Source: a virus. From it: 55,171 nucleotides of DNA. A program made the translations under genes and the position numbers. Below are positions 44,914-53,783 of the stretch, piece after piece. Under the pieces are notes generated by a model that saw nothing but the letters and a program-made list of their open reading frames with translations, did not search any database and was not told the origin of the DNA. The stretch lies in the IMG/VR virus record IMGVR_UViG_3300012971_000890; one strand, 5' to 3'. Positions within the stretch are counted from its first letter, which is position 1; every line of letters begins with the position of its first letter.

Positions 44914-45903
44914 TTAGGAGAGCAGGTCGCTGATCGAGTCCTCCTGGTGGATGCGCCGGATGGCCTGCGCAAACAGATTCGTGGTGTCAATAATCTTCAG
45001 GTTCTTCTGAAGGGCGGGCTGGACGCGAAAGGGTCGGATCGAGTCGGTGATGACCGTGCGTTCGATGCCCGCCAGGTTCTCGTTGGCCCTGCCGACGAAC
45101 AGGCCGTGGGCGGCACAACAGCCCCAAACCTGTCCGCCGTCACGCTCCACCGCTTGCCGGGCCTCCAGCATGGTCTTGGCACTGGCAATCATATCGTCAT
45201 ATATTACCACAAGCTTGCCACGAACATCGCCGCCTATCTTGTGCCCCTTGATGGTCCGTCCCGCGTGTTCCTTATCCAGCACCGCCACTTCGATGTCCAC
45301 CCCTAGAATCTGGCTGAGTTTGTTGCGGAAGTAGCGCGAGCGTGGCCCGCCCCCCGCGTCCGGGGCCAGCACACAGAGCCGCTTGGGGTCGTGGCAGTTC
45401 TCGGCCACATAGCGGGCAATAAGGTTCTTCGCCTCCAGATGGTCGGTGGGGACATCAAACGTACACTGGAAGGCCGCGAGGTTGTGTACATCCATCGTAA
45501 GGATGCGGTCCACCCCCACGCTCTGAAACAGGTACTTGATGTACTTTTGGGTAATAGGGGCACGGCTTTCCGTCTTCCGGTCTTGCCGTCCATAGCAGAG
45601 GTAGGGGACGACCGCAGTGACTCGCCGGGCACTGGCGTCCTTGAGACTGCCGATGAAAAACAGCAGCTTTAGCAGTTTATCGGAAACGGACTCGTGGGTG
45701 CAAGAGTAAAGGGACTGGATTACAAACACGTCCCACCCCCGCACGTTGACGTTGGACCGGAGGTAATACTCCTGGTCATCGAAGCAGGTTTCCTCGTGCC
45801 GGCACAGCGAACCGTCCGTCTCGCACTGGCCCGCCAGGTGGCCGGCGACCTTGGCGGCGAAGTCCTTGCTGGCGTCCAGACCGAAAAGGCGAATCCCGTT
45901 CAT
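44914..45903 (-). CDS. ribose-phosphate pyrophosphokinase homolog (PRPP synthetase / possible ADP-ribose pyrophosphokinase)
   Basis: RVTAVVPYLCYGRQDRK and VVIYDDMIASAKT in Prs positions. Confidence 0.75.
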   Translation of the reverse strand: MNGIRLFGLDASKDFAAKVAGHLAGQCETDGSLCRHEETCFDDQEYYLRSNVNVRGWDVFVIQSLYSCTHESVSDKLLKLLFFIGSLKDASARRVTAVVPYLCYGRQDRKTESRAPITQKYIKYLFQSVGVDRILTMDVHNLAAFQCTFDVPTDHLEAKNLIARYVAENCHDPKRLCVLAPDAGGGPRSRYFRNKLSQILGVDIEVAVLDKEHAGRTIKGHKIGGDVRGKLVVIYDDMIASAKTMLEARQAVERDGGQVWGCCAAHGLFVGRANENLAGIERTVITDSIRPFRVQPALQKNLKIIDTTNLFAQAIRRIHQEDSISDLLS

Positions 45904-46783
45904 CGTTGAACCTGCTCCTTTGCTGCCTCCAGTGTGTTCCGCAGCAGCATGGTCACGGTCATCGGGCCGACCCCGCCCGGCACCGGGCTGATCGCCTCCA
46001 CTATTTTAGACACCGCCGCGAAATCCACGTCCCCTACCAGCTTCTTCCCTCCTAGACGGTTTACCCCCACGTCCACGACCACCTGACCCGCCCGCACCAT
46101 ATCGGCGGTGAGGAATCCCGGAATCCCCACCGCCACCACAATGATGTCGGCGGCGCGGGTTATCTCCTTCAGCAATGCCGGCGGCGTCCGGTTGTGGCAG
46201 ACGGTCACCGTCGCGTTGGCGTACTCGTCGTTGTCCTGTAGCAACATGCTCGACAGGGGCTTGCCCACGACATCACTACGGTTGATAACAACCACCTTCT
46301 TCCCCGCAATCCCGATGCCACTGCGCCGCAGCATCTCCTGAATGCCGTGCGGGGTGCAGGGCTTCAGCCGGGGCCGACCCTGGACCAGCAGGCCGACGTT
46401 TAACGGATTGAAAACGTCCACGTCTTTGTCGGGATTGATGAGGTCGAATATCGTATATTGATTCACCGGGCTGGGGAGCGGCAACTGAACAAGTATCCCG
46501 TGGCACCAGGGTTCCTCATTCAAATAACAGAGAATGCCCTCCAGCGTCTTCTGACCCTCCGAGAACCCGATGTACGGCTGGTACAGTTCGCTTCGGATGC
46601 CCACCCGTGCGCAGGCGTCCCGTTTGCGTTGGACATACACCGCGCTGGCCGGGTCGCTGCCCGCCAACAATACCACCAGGCAGGGGGTAACGCCTGTGTC
46701 CGCCTGAAAGTCCTGTACCTCGGCGGCTATTTCTTTCTGAAGTTCTTGCGCTATTTTCGACCCATCAATAATGTGCGCCACCC
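45900..46783 (-). CDS. folD: bifunctional methylene-THF dehydrogenase / methenyl-THF cyclohydrolase FolD
   Basis: Collinear FolD motifs; GTG start after AGGAGGGA. Confidence 0.85.
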
Positions 46784-46792
46784 GCGTCCCTC

Positions 46793-47092
46793 CTAGAGCG
46801 TGCCGTGGCAGGCGAGGCCCGGCCACTGAATCTTGACGGCGTTCGGGTCCGCAGGCTTCTCCTGCCAGCCCAGCGCCCTGATGAAACACAGTTTGCAGAA
46901 GGCGACCTCGCGGATTAAGTCGGTCATGGCCATGACGGACTCCCGGTCGATGGCCGAGAAGTTGTCCCCGATCAGGGGCAGCCGCTCGTTCAGACTAGCC
47001 CGGTAAATATTGCCCTGGACGATCACGCCGCATTCGGGCTTCAAAATCGGCTGGTCGCAACTTTCGCAGACCAGCACCTTGACCGTTTTCAA
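46793..47092 (-). CDS. hypothetical Cys-containing protein
   Basis: 99 aa. Confidence 0.4.
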   Translation of the reverse strand: MKTVKVLVCESCDQPILKPECGVIVQGNIYRASLNERLPLIGDNFSAIDRESVMAMTDLIREVAFCKLCFIRALGWQEKPADPNAVKIQWPGLACHGTL

Positions 47093-47616
47093 AATATCAC
47101 CTTTCCTTCCCCAATTTCCTGCCAGGAAACCGGGTGAATGGCCTCAAAGCCTTCCTCCAGGGAAGGCGCGATGAACAGTGCGTTGTGCGTGTTGGCCACC
47201 TTGAGCCAGTAGGCGTAGTCGTGGCCACGCAGGTCGTTGTCGGCCCGCCGCCGGGCGTGAACGCTCGGCCCCTCATTCTTAAAAAGCAACGCCTCGCAGG
47301 GCACATCGAAGCTGCGGGCCAGGGCCAGCCAGCGTTTCCGCCCGGTGACGCTGACGTTGAGGCCCCGGTCCACGATGACGGTGCGGCCCAGAGCCAGGGC
47401 GGTGCCGATGACTTGGTTCTCCACCGTCTTATAAAGCACCTTCAGGGCCTTGTCATATAAAGTGTAGTCGTCGCCGTGCAGCATGTTGACGATGGCATCG
47501 TCGTTGACGCACAGTGCGCCTGCGCGGGCCGCGTTCTTGCAGTAGGTGGACTTCCCCGACGCGATCATTCCGACCAGGACTTGCAGTTTCGGCATCATGC
47601 CCGACCTCCGTGCCAT
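47089..47616 (-). CDS. P-loop kinase (polynucleotide kinase-like)
   Basis: Walker A GMIASGKST near the N-terminus; 175 aa. Confidence 0.55.
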   Translation of the reverse strand: MARRSGMMPKLQVLVGMIASGKSTYCKNAARAGALCVNDDAIVNMLHGDDYTLYDKALKVLYKTVENQVIGTALALGRTVIVDRGLNVSVTGRKRWLALARSFDVPCEALLFKNEGPSVHARRRADNDLRGHDYAYWLKVANTHNALFIAPSLEEGFEAIHPVSWQEIGEGKVIF

Positions 47617-47653
47617 ATTCTAATGGCTGATATAGCGGCACGGAAGGGGAATA

Positions 47654-47965
47654 TCACGCCGACACCTGGATGAATATTTTCGAGGGGATGCCCAACTCCC
47701 GCAGCGCCCTCTGGAATTCGTCCACCGAGTAGCAGTTGTCGGCCACAAACGTGTGTACGAGCAGGGCTTCGGCGTCGGACAGGCCGGAGTGAAATTTGAA
47801 TTTTTCGAGGCTGATGTTCGGGTCGTGCTTTATGATCCAGAACCCGGAGAGAAGTCGATTATATACACAACTGTCGAAAACGCGGTTGCAGTGGCCGCAG
47901 GCGGTAATACCATCAATGAGTTGACGATTCAGTTGATGTCCGCAGAAGGGGCAGACGTAAATCAT
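47654..47965 (-). CDS. zinc-ribbon hypothetical protein (start MIYVCPFCGH)
   Basis: CPFCGH ... CGHCN. Confidence 0.4.
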   Translation of the reverse strand: MIYVCPFCGHQLNRQLIDGITACGHCNRVFDSCVYNRLLSGFWIIKHDPNISLEKFKFHSGLSDAEALLVHTFVADNCYSVDEFQRALRELGIPSKIFIQVSA

Positions 47966-48002
47966 TACTGTATGTATGCACATCCGCCAGGAAATTTGGG
48001 GT

Positions 48003-48032
48003 TGACAACCCGAACTCATCCGGTAGACTTCT
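48003..48032 (+). promoter_or_regulatory. sigma-70-like promoter TTGACA-N17-TAGACT followed by the 8-bp palindrome GCAACGTG-cgat-CACGTTGC (48041-48060)
   Basis: Upstream of the plus-strand secreted-protein gene. Confidence 0.45.
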
Positions 48033-48088
48033 CCCCGGATTGCAACGTGCGATCACGTTGCATTTTTCGTTTCACTGTCTAGGAGGAC

Positions 48089-48490
48089 GTGATGATGCGG
48101 AAGTCGATCTTCGTGGGAATGGTGGCCCTGATCGCTCTGGTGGCGATGGCCGACACGGCGATGGCTCGCGGACGGCGCGGGGGCTGCGGCGGCGGGGGTG
48201 GCTGTGGCGGTTGCTACTACGGCGGCTATGTCACCTACGGCGGCGGCTGTGGCAGTTACGGCGGCAACGGCTACGGCGGCTACTACAACGGCAACGGCTA
48301 CGCGGCGGGCAGCTACGGCACGCCCGTCACCTACGGTGCCCCCGTGTACAGCACGCCGGGGCCGGTGATCGTGGACCAGCCCCAGGAGGGCACCCAGAGC
48401 AGTGGCGCGATTCAAGTCCGTGACCAGCAGGGTCGTATCTTCTATCTGGTCCCGGAGGGCCAGTACAAGAAGATGCAGCAGCCGAAGTAA
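48089..48490 (+). CDS. secreted Gly/Tyr/Cys-rich protein
   Basis: Signal peptide MMMRKSIFVGMVALIALVAMADTAMA; GGCGGGGGCGGCYYGGY low-complexity region; RBS AGGAGG; a sigma-70-like promoter upstream and a terminator downstream. Confidence 0.55.
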   Translation: MMMRKSIFVGMVALIALVAMADTAMARGRRGGCGGGGGCGGCYYGGYVTYGGGCGSYGGNGYGGYYNGNGYAAGSYGTPVTYGAPVYSTPGPVIVDQPQEGTQSSGAIQVRDQQGRIFYLVPEGQYKKMQQPK

Positions 48491-48496
48491 CGGCGC

Positions 48497-48545
48497 AAGA
48501 AAAGGCCCCGGCGGTTCGCTCACCGCCGGGGCCTTCCTTCTTTTT
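48497..48545. terminator. bidirectional rho-independent terminator
   Basis: 11-bp GC stem GGCCCCGGCGG/CCGCCGGGGCC flanked by T-runs on both strands; serves the plus-strand secreted-protein gene and the minus-strand ParB-like gene. Confidence 0.65.
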
Positions 48546-49789
48546 CACTTCTCCTCGACGGCCTGGAGCTTCTTGCCCCACTTGCGGAAAATCTTCATCG
48601 GCTCGGTTTCGCCGTCGTGGATGCCCTTGGCCACCGCCATCCCGAACTTCAGCACTTCCACCGGGGCGAGGAACTGGCCTTCCGGGTCGTTGCCGTCGTT
48701 CTTGATGGCCGTCTCCAGCGTCTCCATGTAGTGCTTCTTGATCTTGGGGCCGCGAAGCGACTGCGTGGACTGGCCCCCGGCATCCCGCAGGCCGGCGCGG
48801 GCGTGCTTGGCCTTGACAACGGGCTTGACTTCGCCCTTCTGCTGGGTCTTCTCCTCCACCCGCTTCTGGGCGGCATCGTGTTCTTGGCCCGCCTCCTTCT
48901 TGCCCTGGTCGTCATCGGAGAATTCGGCCTCGGCCTGCTTCGCCTTGGCGACCTCCACATCCTCCTTGGCCTTGATGATGGACTTTTCGAGCTTCTGAAC
49001 CTTCTTCTTGGCGTCCTCACCCGCGTACTCGGTGGCCTTTTCCAGCCCCTCGTGGCGGATGCCCAGGTCTTCGACCTCCGCGAAGGCCAACGCCGCCGCC
49101 TTGTTGATGTCCCCCTTGAAGAAGGCGGTCAGGGTGTCCTGATCGTCGGACAGCTTCTCGATCAGACGGTCCATGTCCCGCAACCACTCCGGGCGGTTGC
49201 CGGTGACTTCGAGGATTTCGTCGTCGCTCCAGCCCTTGGAGCGCAGTTCGCGCACCAAGTTGATGTCAGCCTCGTCACCGAAGTCCACGCGGCAGGTGCC
49301 CGACTTGTACGCCAGCTTGAGGGCGTCCTTGTCGGTCGGGGCGTCGTAGACCTGGCACAAGATCGACCCGTACAGTTCCTTGGCCGGGACGTACTTGCCG
49401 GTAGCAGGGTCTTTGCACTTCTCGTTCTTGCGCACCAGGAAGTCGATGTTGCGCAGGCGGCGCTCGCCGTCCACCAGTTGGACCGTGCGCATTTCGTCCT
49501 GGCTGATCCACCGGCAGATGAGCGGATAGTGCAACCCCTCGTCGCGGATGGACTCACGCAGGCGGGTCATGCTGGGTTTGTCGAAGCCGCGCCCCGCCTC
49601 CCCCTCCTCGGTCGTGAGGTAGCGGAGGTTGCTCCACTTGTACTCACCCCCTTCCGGGGCGTCCGGGTCGGGCTTGTCGGCCACCGTGATGGCCGCAAAC
49701 TTGACCTTGAACAACGTGCCCTCGATCCCTACGATTCCATCAGCCAACGGCTCGCCGTTGTCCGGGGCGCTGCTTTCCTTGTCCGCCAT
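48545..49789 (-). CDS. ParB/Srx-domain protein with long charged coiled-coil C-terminus
   Basis: GLHYPLICRW...VQLVDGERRLRNIDFL ParB N-terminal-domain motif. Confidence 0.6.
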   Translation of the reverse strand: MADKESSAPDNGEPLADGIVGIEGTLFKVKFAAITVADKPDPDAPEGGEYKWSNLRYLTTEEGEAGRGFDKPSMTRLRESIRDEGLHYPLICRWISQDEMRTVQLVDGERRLRNIDFLVRKNEKCKDPATGKYVPAKELYGSILCQVYDAPTDKDALKLAYKSGTCRVDFGDEADINLVRELRSKGWSDDEILEVTGNRPEWLRDMDRLIEKLSDDQDTLTAFFKGDINKAAALAFAEVEDLGIRHEGLEKATEYAGEDAKKKVQKLEKSIIKAKEDVEVAKAKQAEAEFSDDDQGKKEAGQEHDAAQKRVEEKTQQKGEVKPVVKAKHARAGLRDAGGQSTQSLRGPKIKKHYMETLETAIKNDGNDPEGQFLAPVEVLKFGMAVAKGIHDGETEPMKIFRKWGKKLQAVEEK

Positions 49790-49825
49790 AAAATTCGCTC
49801 CTTTTCTCTTGGTGGGGTGGAACCC

Positions 49826-49854
49826 AGGCAGGCCGACTGTACTGAAAAATTCCG
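49826..49854 (-). promoter_or_regulatory. canonical sigma-70-like promoter TTGACA-N18-TACAGT (coordinates approximate)
   Basis: Minus strand CTTGACAAATCCCGGAATTTTTCAGTACAGT about 35 nt upstream of the ParB-like gene. Confidence 0.45.
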
Positions 49855-49889
49855 GGATTTGTCAAGTTCGGTCGTAAGTCCCGTCAGAA

Positions 49890-50540
49890 CTAGAAGTTGT
49901 AGTTCTTGTGGGCCTTGCGGCAGCGAATCTGCCAGTCGGTTTCGTACTCCACCTTCCCGAAACTGTCCAGTACCGAGTCCTTACGACGAAGGACCAGGCC
50001 CTCGATCAAATCGACGCTCTCCGCTTCCTTGAAGCGGTCTACAAAATGTTCGGTGAAAGTTTCGGCCAGCCAGAGGTTGGGGCTGATCTTGAGCGCAAGG
50101 CCCGCCATCTGGTCGGTCGCGGGATCGCCGGTGCCCGTGGGGTTGCCGCAAATGTCGAACAGGATTTCCAGGCGCTTCATCTGGTCGGGCGAGCAGAAGA
50201 AATAGCGGCCCGCCTCCAGAATGTCGAAAAACACCAGACAGTTGGGGCCGTCCTTGGTCTTGTTCATCACGCCGCCGTCGATCCAGTAGGTCTTGTTGGG
50301 GTCCAGCTTGAGGTTGGCCTTGATCTCCTCGGCCAAAGCGCTGGTAAGCGAGAAGCGGACGTGCTTGCCCCCGTGGCGGTTCCACACGCTCAACTCCCGG
50401 CCCAGGTCCACGCGGAGCAAGGTGCGGCTGTCGTTGAACTTGCGCTGGGCGATCCACAGCCCCGTCTCCTCGTAGTACGACAGGTCGGACGGGCTGATCT
50501 TGCCGCGTGGCCGAGGCGGGTAGATGGGCTTCTTTATCAT
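49890..50540 (-). CDS. hypothetical protein with degenerate covalent-nucleotidyltransferase (ligase-like) motifs
   Basis: KFNDSR (motif I-like, lacks Gly), FFDIL, EGLVLRRKDS, WQIRCRK. Confidence 0.4.
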   Translation of the reverse strand: MIKKPIYPPRPRGKISPSDLSYYEETGLWIAQRKFNDSRTLLRVDLGRELSVWNRHGGKHVRFSLTSALAEEIKANLKLDPNKTYWIDGGVMNKTKDGPNCLVFFDILEAGRYFFCSPDQMKRLEILFDICGNPTGTGDPATDQMAGLALKISPNLWLAETFTEHFVDRFKEAESVDLIEGLVLRRKDSVLDSFGKVEYETDWQIRCRKAHKNYNF

Positions 50541-50561
50541 TGCGTCGTTCCTCCTGCAATG

Positions 50562-50591
50562 ATATTACCGCCCGGAGCGGGCAGTTGTAAA
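50562..50591 (-). promoter_or_regulatory. phage promoter, CTTTACAAC-N18-TAATAT
   Basis: Upstream of the 49890..50540 gene. Confidence 0.6.
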
Positions 50592-50606
50592 GCGCGGATT
50601 TCAAAA

Positions 50607-50822
50607 TCACCGCTCCTCGCGGTGGACCACGATCTCGTTCTGAAGCTGGATCGGGCAGTTCTTATTTCGCAGAACCGCCATCGCCCGCTCGGTGGCGATC
50701 TGCTTCAGGTAGTAGCTCCGCACCGTGCCACGCAACACGATGGCGGTGGGCGTCTCGATCACGACGATGCCGAGCCGGCCAACATGACAATCCTGGGCGA
50801 TGGCGTCCTTGATGCTACCCAG
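50607..50822 (-). CDS. small BON-like domain protein (GTG start overlapping the SprT stop)
   Basis: GIVVIETPTAIVLRGTVRSYYLKQIATERA resembles BON. Confidence 0.3.
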   Translation of the reverse strand: MGSIKDAIAQDCHVGRLGIVVIETPTAIVLRGTVRSYYLKQIATERAMAVLRNKNCPIQLQNEIVVHREER

Positions 50823-51489
50823 CACTGGTCTTCTCCGTGACACAGACGAATAGAGAACCACACTGTTCACATCGGATGCGAAGCGGATTGGCTCCGTCCG
50901 GGCGTCGGCCACTGCGGATCGAATTGTGCGGCGGCGGGCACTTGCAGACGTATTTCAAAAAGCACGGCTTGGGGGGACGGGCACGACCGGCCTTGTCCGC
51001 GATATTATTCTTGGCCTCCCGAAATATCTGCTTGTCGATATTGACCTCGTTAAAGGTCTTAACCCGCCTCTGGATGGCCGGCTTCTCCGGCACCCGCACC
51101 AGTTCCCCGTCCACCCCGCCCTTGGGGATATTCGTGCCGGTGATACCCCAGCCCTGGGTCTTGTGCTTCTTGACCACCAGGCCCACTTCCAGGGCCTTGA
51201 CCAAGAACTTCTTGTTATGGTACTGGTTGGCGGTGCAATCGACCACCCCTTCCTGGTGGTTGCCAATATGGATCATCTCGTGGAGCAGGACCAGGAGAAC
51301 GTCGTGGTAGTCGATGTTGATGAACTCCACCCCGATCACCAAGTTTTCCGACTGGTAACGGATGGAGAGCTTCTTCTTGGTGTCGATGACCACGGGCGGC
51401 ATTTTCAAGGTGCCGCCGAAAAGTTTAATGTTGAGGGTGGAGAAGGCCCGCTCCAACTCCCCGACGATAGGCGGCTTTGCCTTGTGCAT
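50815..51489 (-). CDS. SprT-like zinc metalloprotease with C-terminal zinc ribbon
   Basis: LLHEMIH (HExxH) in SprT context; CKCPPPH ... CEQCG. Confidence 0.6.
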   Translation of the reverse strand: MHKAKPPIVGELERAFSTLNIKLFGGTLKMPPVVIDTKKKLSIRYQSENLVIGVEFINIDYHDVLLVLLHEMIHIGNHQEGVVDCTANQYHNKKFLVKALEVGLVVKKHKTQGWGITGTNIPKGGVDGELVRVPEKPAIQRRVKTFNEVNIDKQIFREAKNNIADKAGRARPPKPCFLKYVCKCPPPHNSIRSGRRPDGANPLRIRCEQCGSLFVCVTEKTSAG

Positions 51490-51491
51490 GG

Positions 51492-51740
51492 CTAATCTTC
51501 CGTGTCCATGTGTGTTTCGGGGAAAGGAGGGTTATAGGTGGGAAGCGCCGCCAGGCTGCCAATCCGGTAGTTGTGACGCGAGCGCACCACGGTCCCGATC
51601 TCGGCCTCCGCACCAGGGTCCGTGGGGTAGATGACCTTGCGACAGGAGCCGCACACCATGTTTAATTTGGCGTCGAAATAAAAACCCCTGTCAACCGGGA
51701 CGGGTTTGAGACAGTGGGGGCAAAGACGGGCCTTGTTCAT
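51492..51740 (-). CDS. zinc-ribbon small protein
   Basis: CPHC ... CGSC. Confidence 0.4.
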   Translation of the reverse strand: MNKARLCPHCLKPVPVDRGFYFDAKLNMVCGSCRKVIYPTDPGAEAEIGTVVRSRHNYRIGSLAALPTYNPPFPETHMDTED

Positions 51741-51836
51741 ACGATGATAATAAGGGGGAGGCCAAATAAAAGCAAGGTGAAAAGGAAAAAAACAGCCCGG
51801 TGGGAGCCGGGCTGTGGACCGCGCTGGCGGCGCAAA

Positions 51837-52547
51837 TCAAATGGCCTCGTTCATCTTATATTCGCGGAACAAGTCGTCACGGAGATTGACGTGGCTCAGG
51901 TCAACGAACCGGCTGGCCTCCTTCATCAGAATGGAGGAGCAGCCGACGCTGCTGAAAAAAGCGACCTCAACGCTGAGGCCCGTTTCGCTCCGAATGCGCC
52001 GGACGGTACGGGCGTAATCCTCGTCGCCAGCCACCAGGACGAAGGTGTTGTACCGGCCTGCGCGGGACAGAATGGCCATGTCGTAGACGATTTCGCAATC
52101 CAGCCCCTTCTCCACCGGCACCTGTACGGGCGCACCGTTTTCGTTGATGGTCCGCTCGCGCAACGGCAATTCTACCATGTGGTAGCCCAGGTTGGAACCC
52201 AAGAAGTCGTAGAACTTGTTGCGCTTGGCCTGGCGCAGCCGGTCCTCTGTAACAAGGTTGCCCAGGTCGGGAGAACTGTAGTAAAATCGCACGGTAGCTG
52301 TCCGACCGTCAGCCAGCACGTCCCGCAGCTTGATGTAGTCGAGGCGGCGGTTGCCCAGGTTCATGCTTTTCAGCGCGTGGAAAAGGTTGGAGTTGTCGAT
52401 GAACAGGCACACCTTCTCCTGGGAGCGGATCAGGCGGTTCATCTCACTCAGATACTCCACCATGTCCGCCGTCTGCGTGGCAGGGGGCACCGGAAACTCG
52501 ATGGTCCGGTCGTTCCTAACAGGTTCGCCGTTCTTGACTGCGTGCAT
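51837..52547 (-). CDS. NYN/LabA-like (PIN-fold) putative RNase
   Basis: VCLFIDNSNLFHALKS ... FVLVAGDEDYARTVRRIR pattern of PF01936. Confidence 0.6.
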   Translation of the reverse strand: MHAVKNGEPVRNDRTIEFPVPPATQTADMVEYLSEMNRLIRSQEKVCLFIDNSNLFHALKSMNLGNRRLDYIKLRDVLADGRTATVRFYYSSPDLGNLVTEDRLRQAKRNKFYDFLGSNLGYHMVELPLRERTINENGAPVQVPVEKGLDCEIVYDMAILSRAGRYNTFVLVAGDEDYARTVRRIRSETGLSVEVAFFSSVGCSSILMKEASRFVDLSHVNLRDDLFREYKMNEAI

Positions 52548-52598
52548 TTTGGACCTCGTAATTCGAGACTTCGTGCATTTTAGTCGGGCGCTTGCCGC

Positions 52599-52628
52599 TT
52601 TGGCAATAAGGGAAACTGTTTTTTACTC
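52599..52628 (+). promoter_or_regulatory. putative plus-strand promoter TTTACT-N16-TATACT, with palindrome TTGCC-n5-GGCAA just upstream
   Basis: Divergent region before the CinA-NMNAT gene. Confidence 0.35.
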
Positions 52629-52676
52629 ATGAGGGTTTCCCCGTATACTATGCTTAGGAGGCCCACGAGAGGATAT

Positions 52677-53783
52677 ATGCTTACAGAACTGGTCCGAAAA
52701 ATTCATGATTCGGCTCCGATGGGCGTGCTGGCCATCACCGGCGGCGGCACAGAAGCTATCGGGGAACTCCTGCGCCACGGCAACGGAAGTAAAACCCTGC
52801 TGGAAGCCTTTGTCCCATATGCAAACGCATCCTTCGCCGGTTTCCTGGGCGGGAAACCGGACCAATATTGTTCGGAGGCCGCAGCCCGCCAATTGGCGAT
52901 GGCCGCGTTCCAGCGAGCAAAGGCTCTGACCGAGAGCAACGTCGCCCTTTTCGGCGTGAGCGCAACCTGTTCTCTGATGAAGGAAAACGAACGCCGAGGA
53001 CGGGAACACCGCGTCTTCGTGGGTCTTCAAACGGTTGTGAAAACCGTTTCTATCAGCGTCCGTCTGACCGCCCGGCGAGAGCGGGAGAATGAGGAACAAG
53101 TGGCCTGCCACCTGATCCTTAATGCGGTGGCGGAAGCATGTGGTATTCCTGACCGACTTCCCGCTACCGACGACCCCCTCATGAGGCGTGAGGCTGAATG
53201 CACCCCGGAGCAGTATAAACTTCTCACCGGGGAAGTCAAGCAGTTTTTCCTCCCGTTTCACTCGCCTTTGCCAACAACGCCGGTAATTTTCCCTGGCTCG
53301 TTTCATCCCGTCCACGACGGGCACCGAGCCATTGTGTCACACGCCTGTCAACTTACCGGCAAGCCGGTGGTGGCGGAAATCTCCGTAAATACAGTGGATA
53401 AGCCCGCGCTTGACTTTTTTGAAATGAACAGCCGCCGCGAGGCTCTGGAGCGGGAGTCGTGCTTTCATGGCGTTTATTTTACCAACGCGGCAACTTTTAT
53501 CAACAAGTGCGCTTTGTTCCCCGGACACACATTCCTGGTCGGCTTCGACACCCTGCTCCGCATGGCCGATCCCAAGTTTGCCTCCGTCCAGGGAACCATC
53601 AACGCCCTGGCCAGCAATGACATCCGAATCCTGGCCTACCCGCGTCCCAACCCGGACGGCAGCCTGCCGCCCCAAGGCGAATTCGACGCCCTGCCCGATG
53701 GCCTGAAGGCGCGCACCACGCTGGTTGCGAATTTTACGCCGGTGGCCGTGGCGTCCAGGGACATTCGCAAGGCGGCACCCTAA
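52677..53783 (+). CDS. CinA C-terminal (PncC-like) domain fused to an NMN/NaMN adenylyltransferase (NadD-like) domain
   Basis: N-terminus GVLAITGGGTEAIGELL ... FVPYANASFAGF (CinA_C-like); C-terminus FPGSFHPVHDGH (HxGH motif) and VAVASRDIRK (ISSTxIR-like); start chosen at the third ATG, which has a GAGAGGA RBS. Confidence 0.65.
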   Translation: MLTELVRKIHDSAPMGVLAITGGGTEAIGELLRHGNGSKTLLEAFVPYANASFAGFLGGKPDQYCSEAAARQLAMAAFQRAKALTESNVALFGVSATCSLMKENERRGREHRVFVGLQTVVKTVSISVRLTARRERENEEQVACHLILNAVAEACGIPDRLPATDDPLMRREAECTPEQYKLLTGEVKQFFLPFHSPLPTTPVIFPGSFHPVHDGHRAIVSHACQLTGKPVVAEISVNTVDKPALDFFEMNSRREALERESCFHGVYFTNAATFINKCALFPGHTFLVGFDTLLRMADPKFASVQGTINALASNDIRILAYPRPNPDGSLPPQGEFDALPDGLKARTTLVANFTPVAVASRDIRKAAP

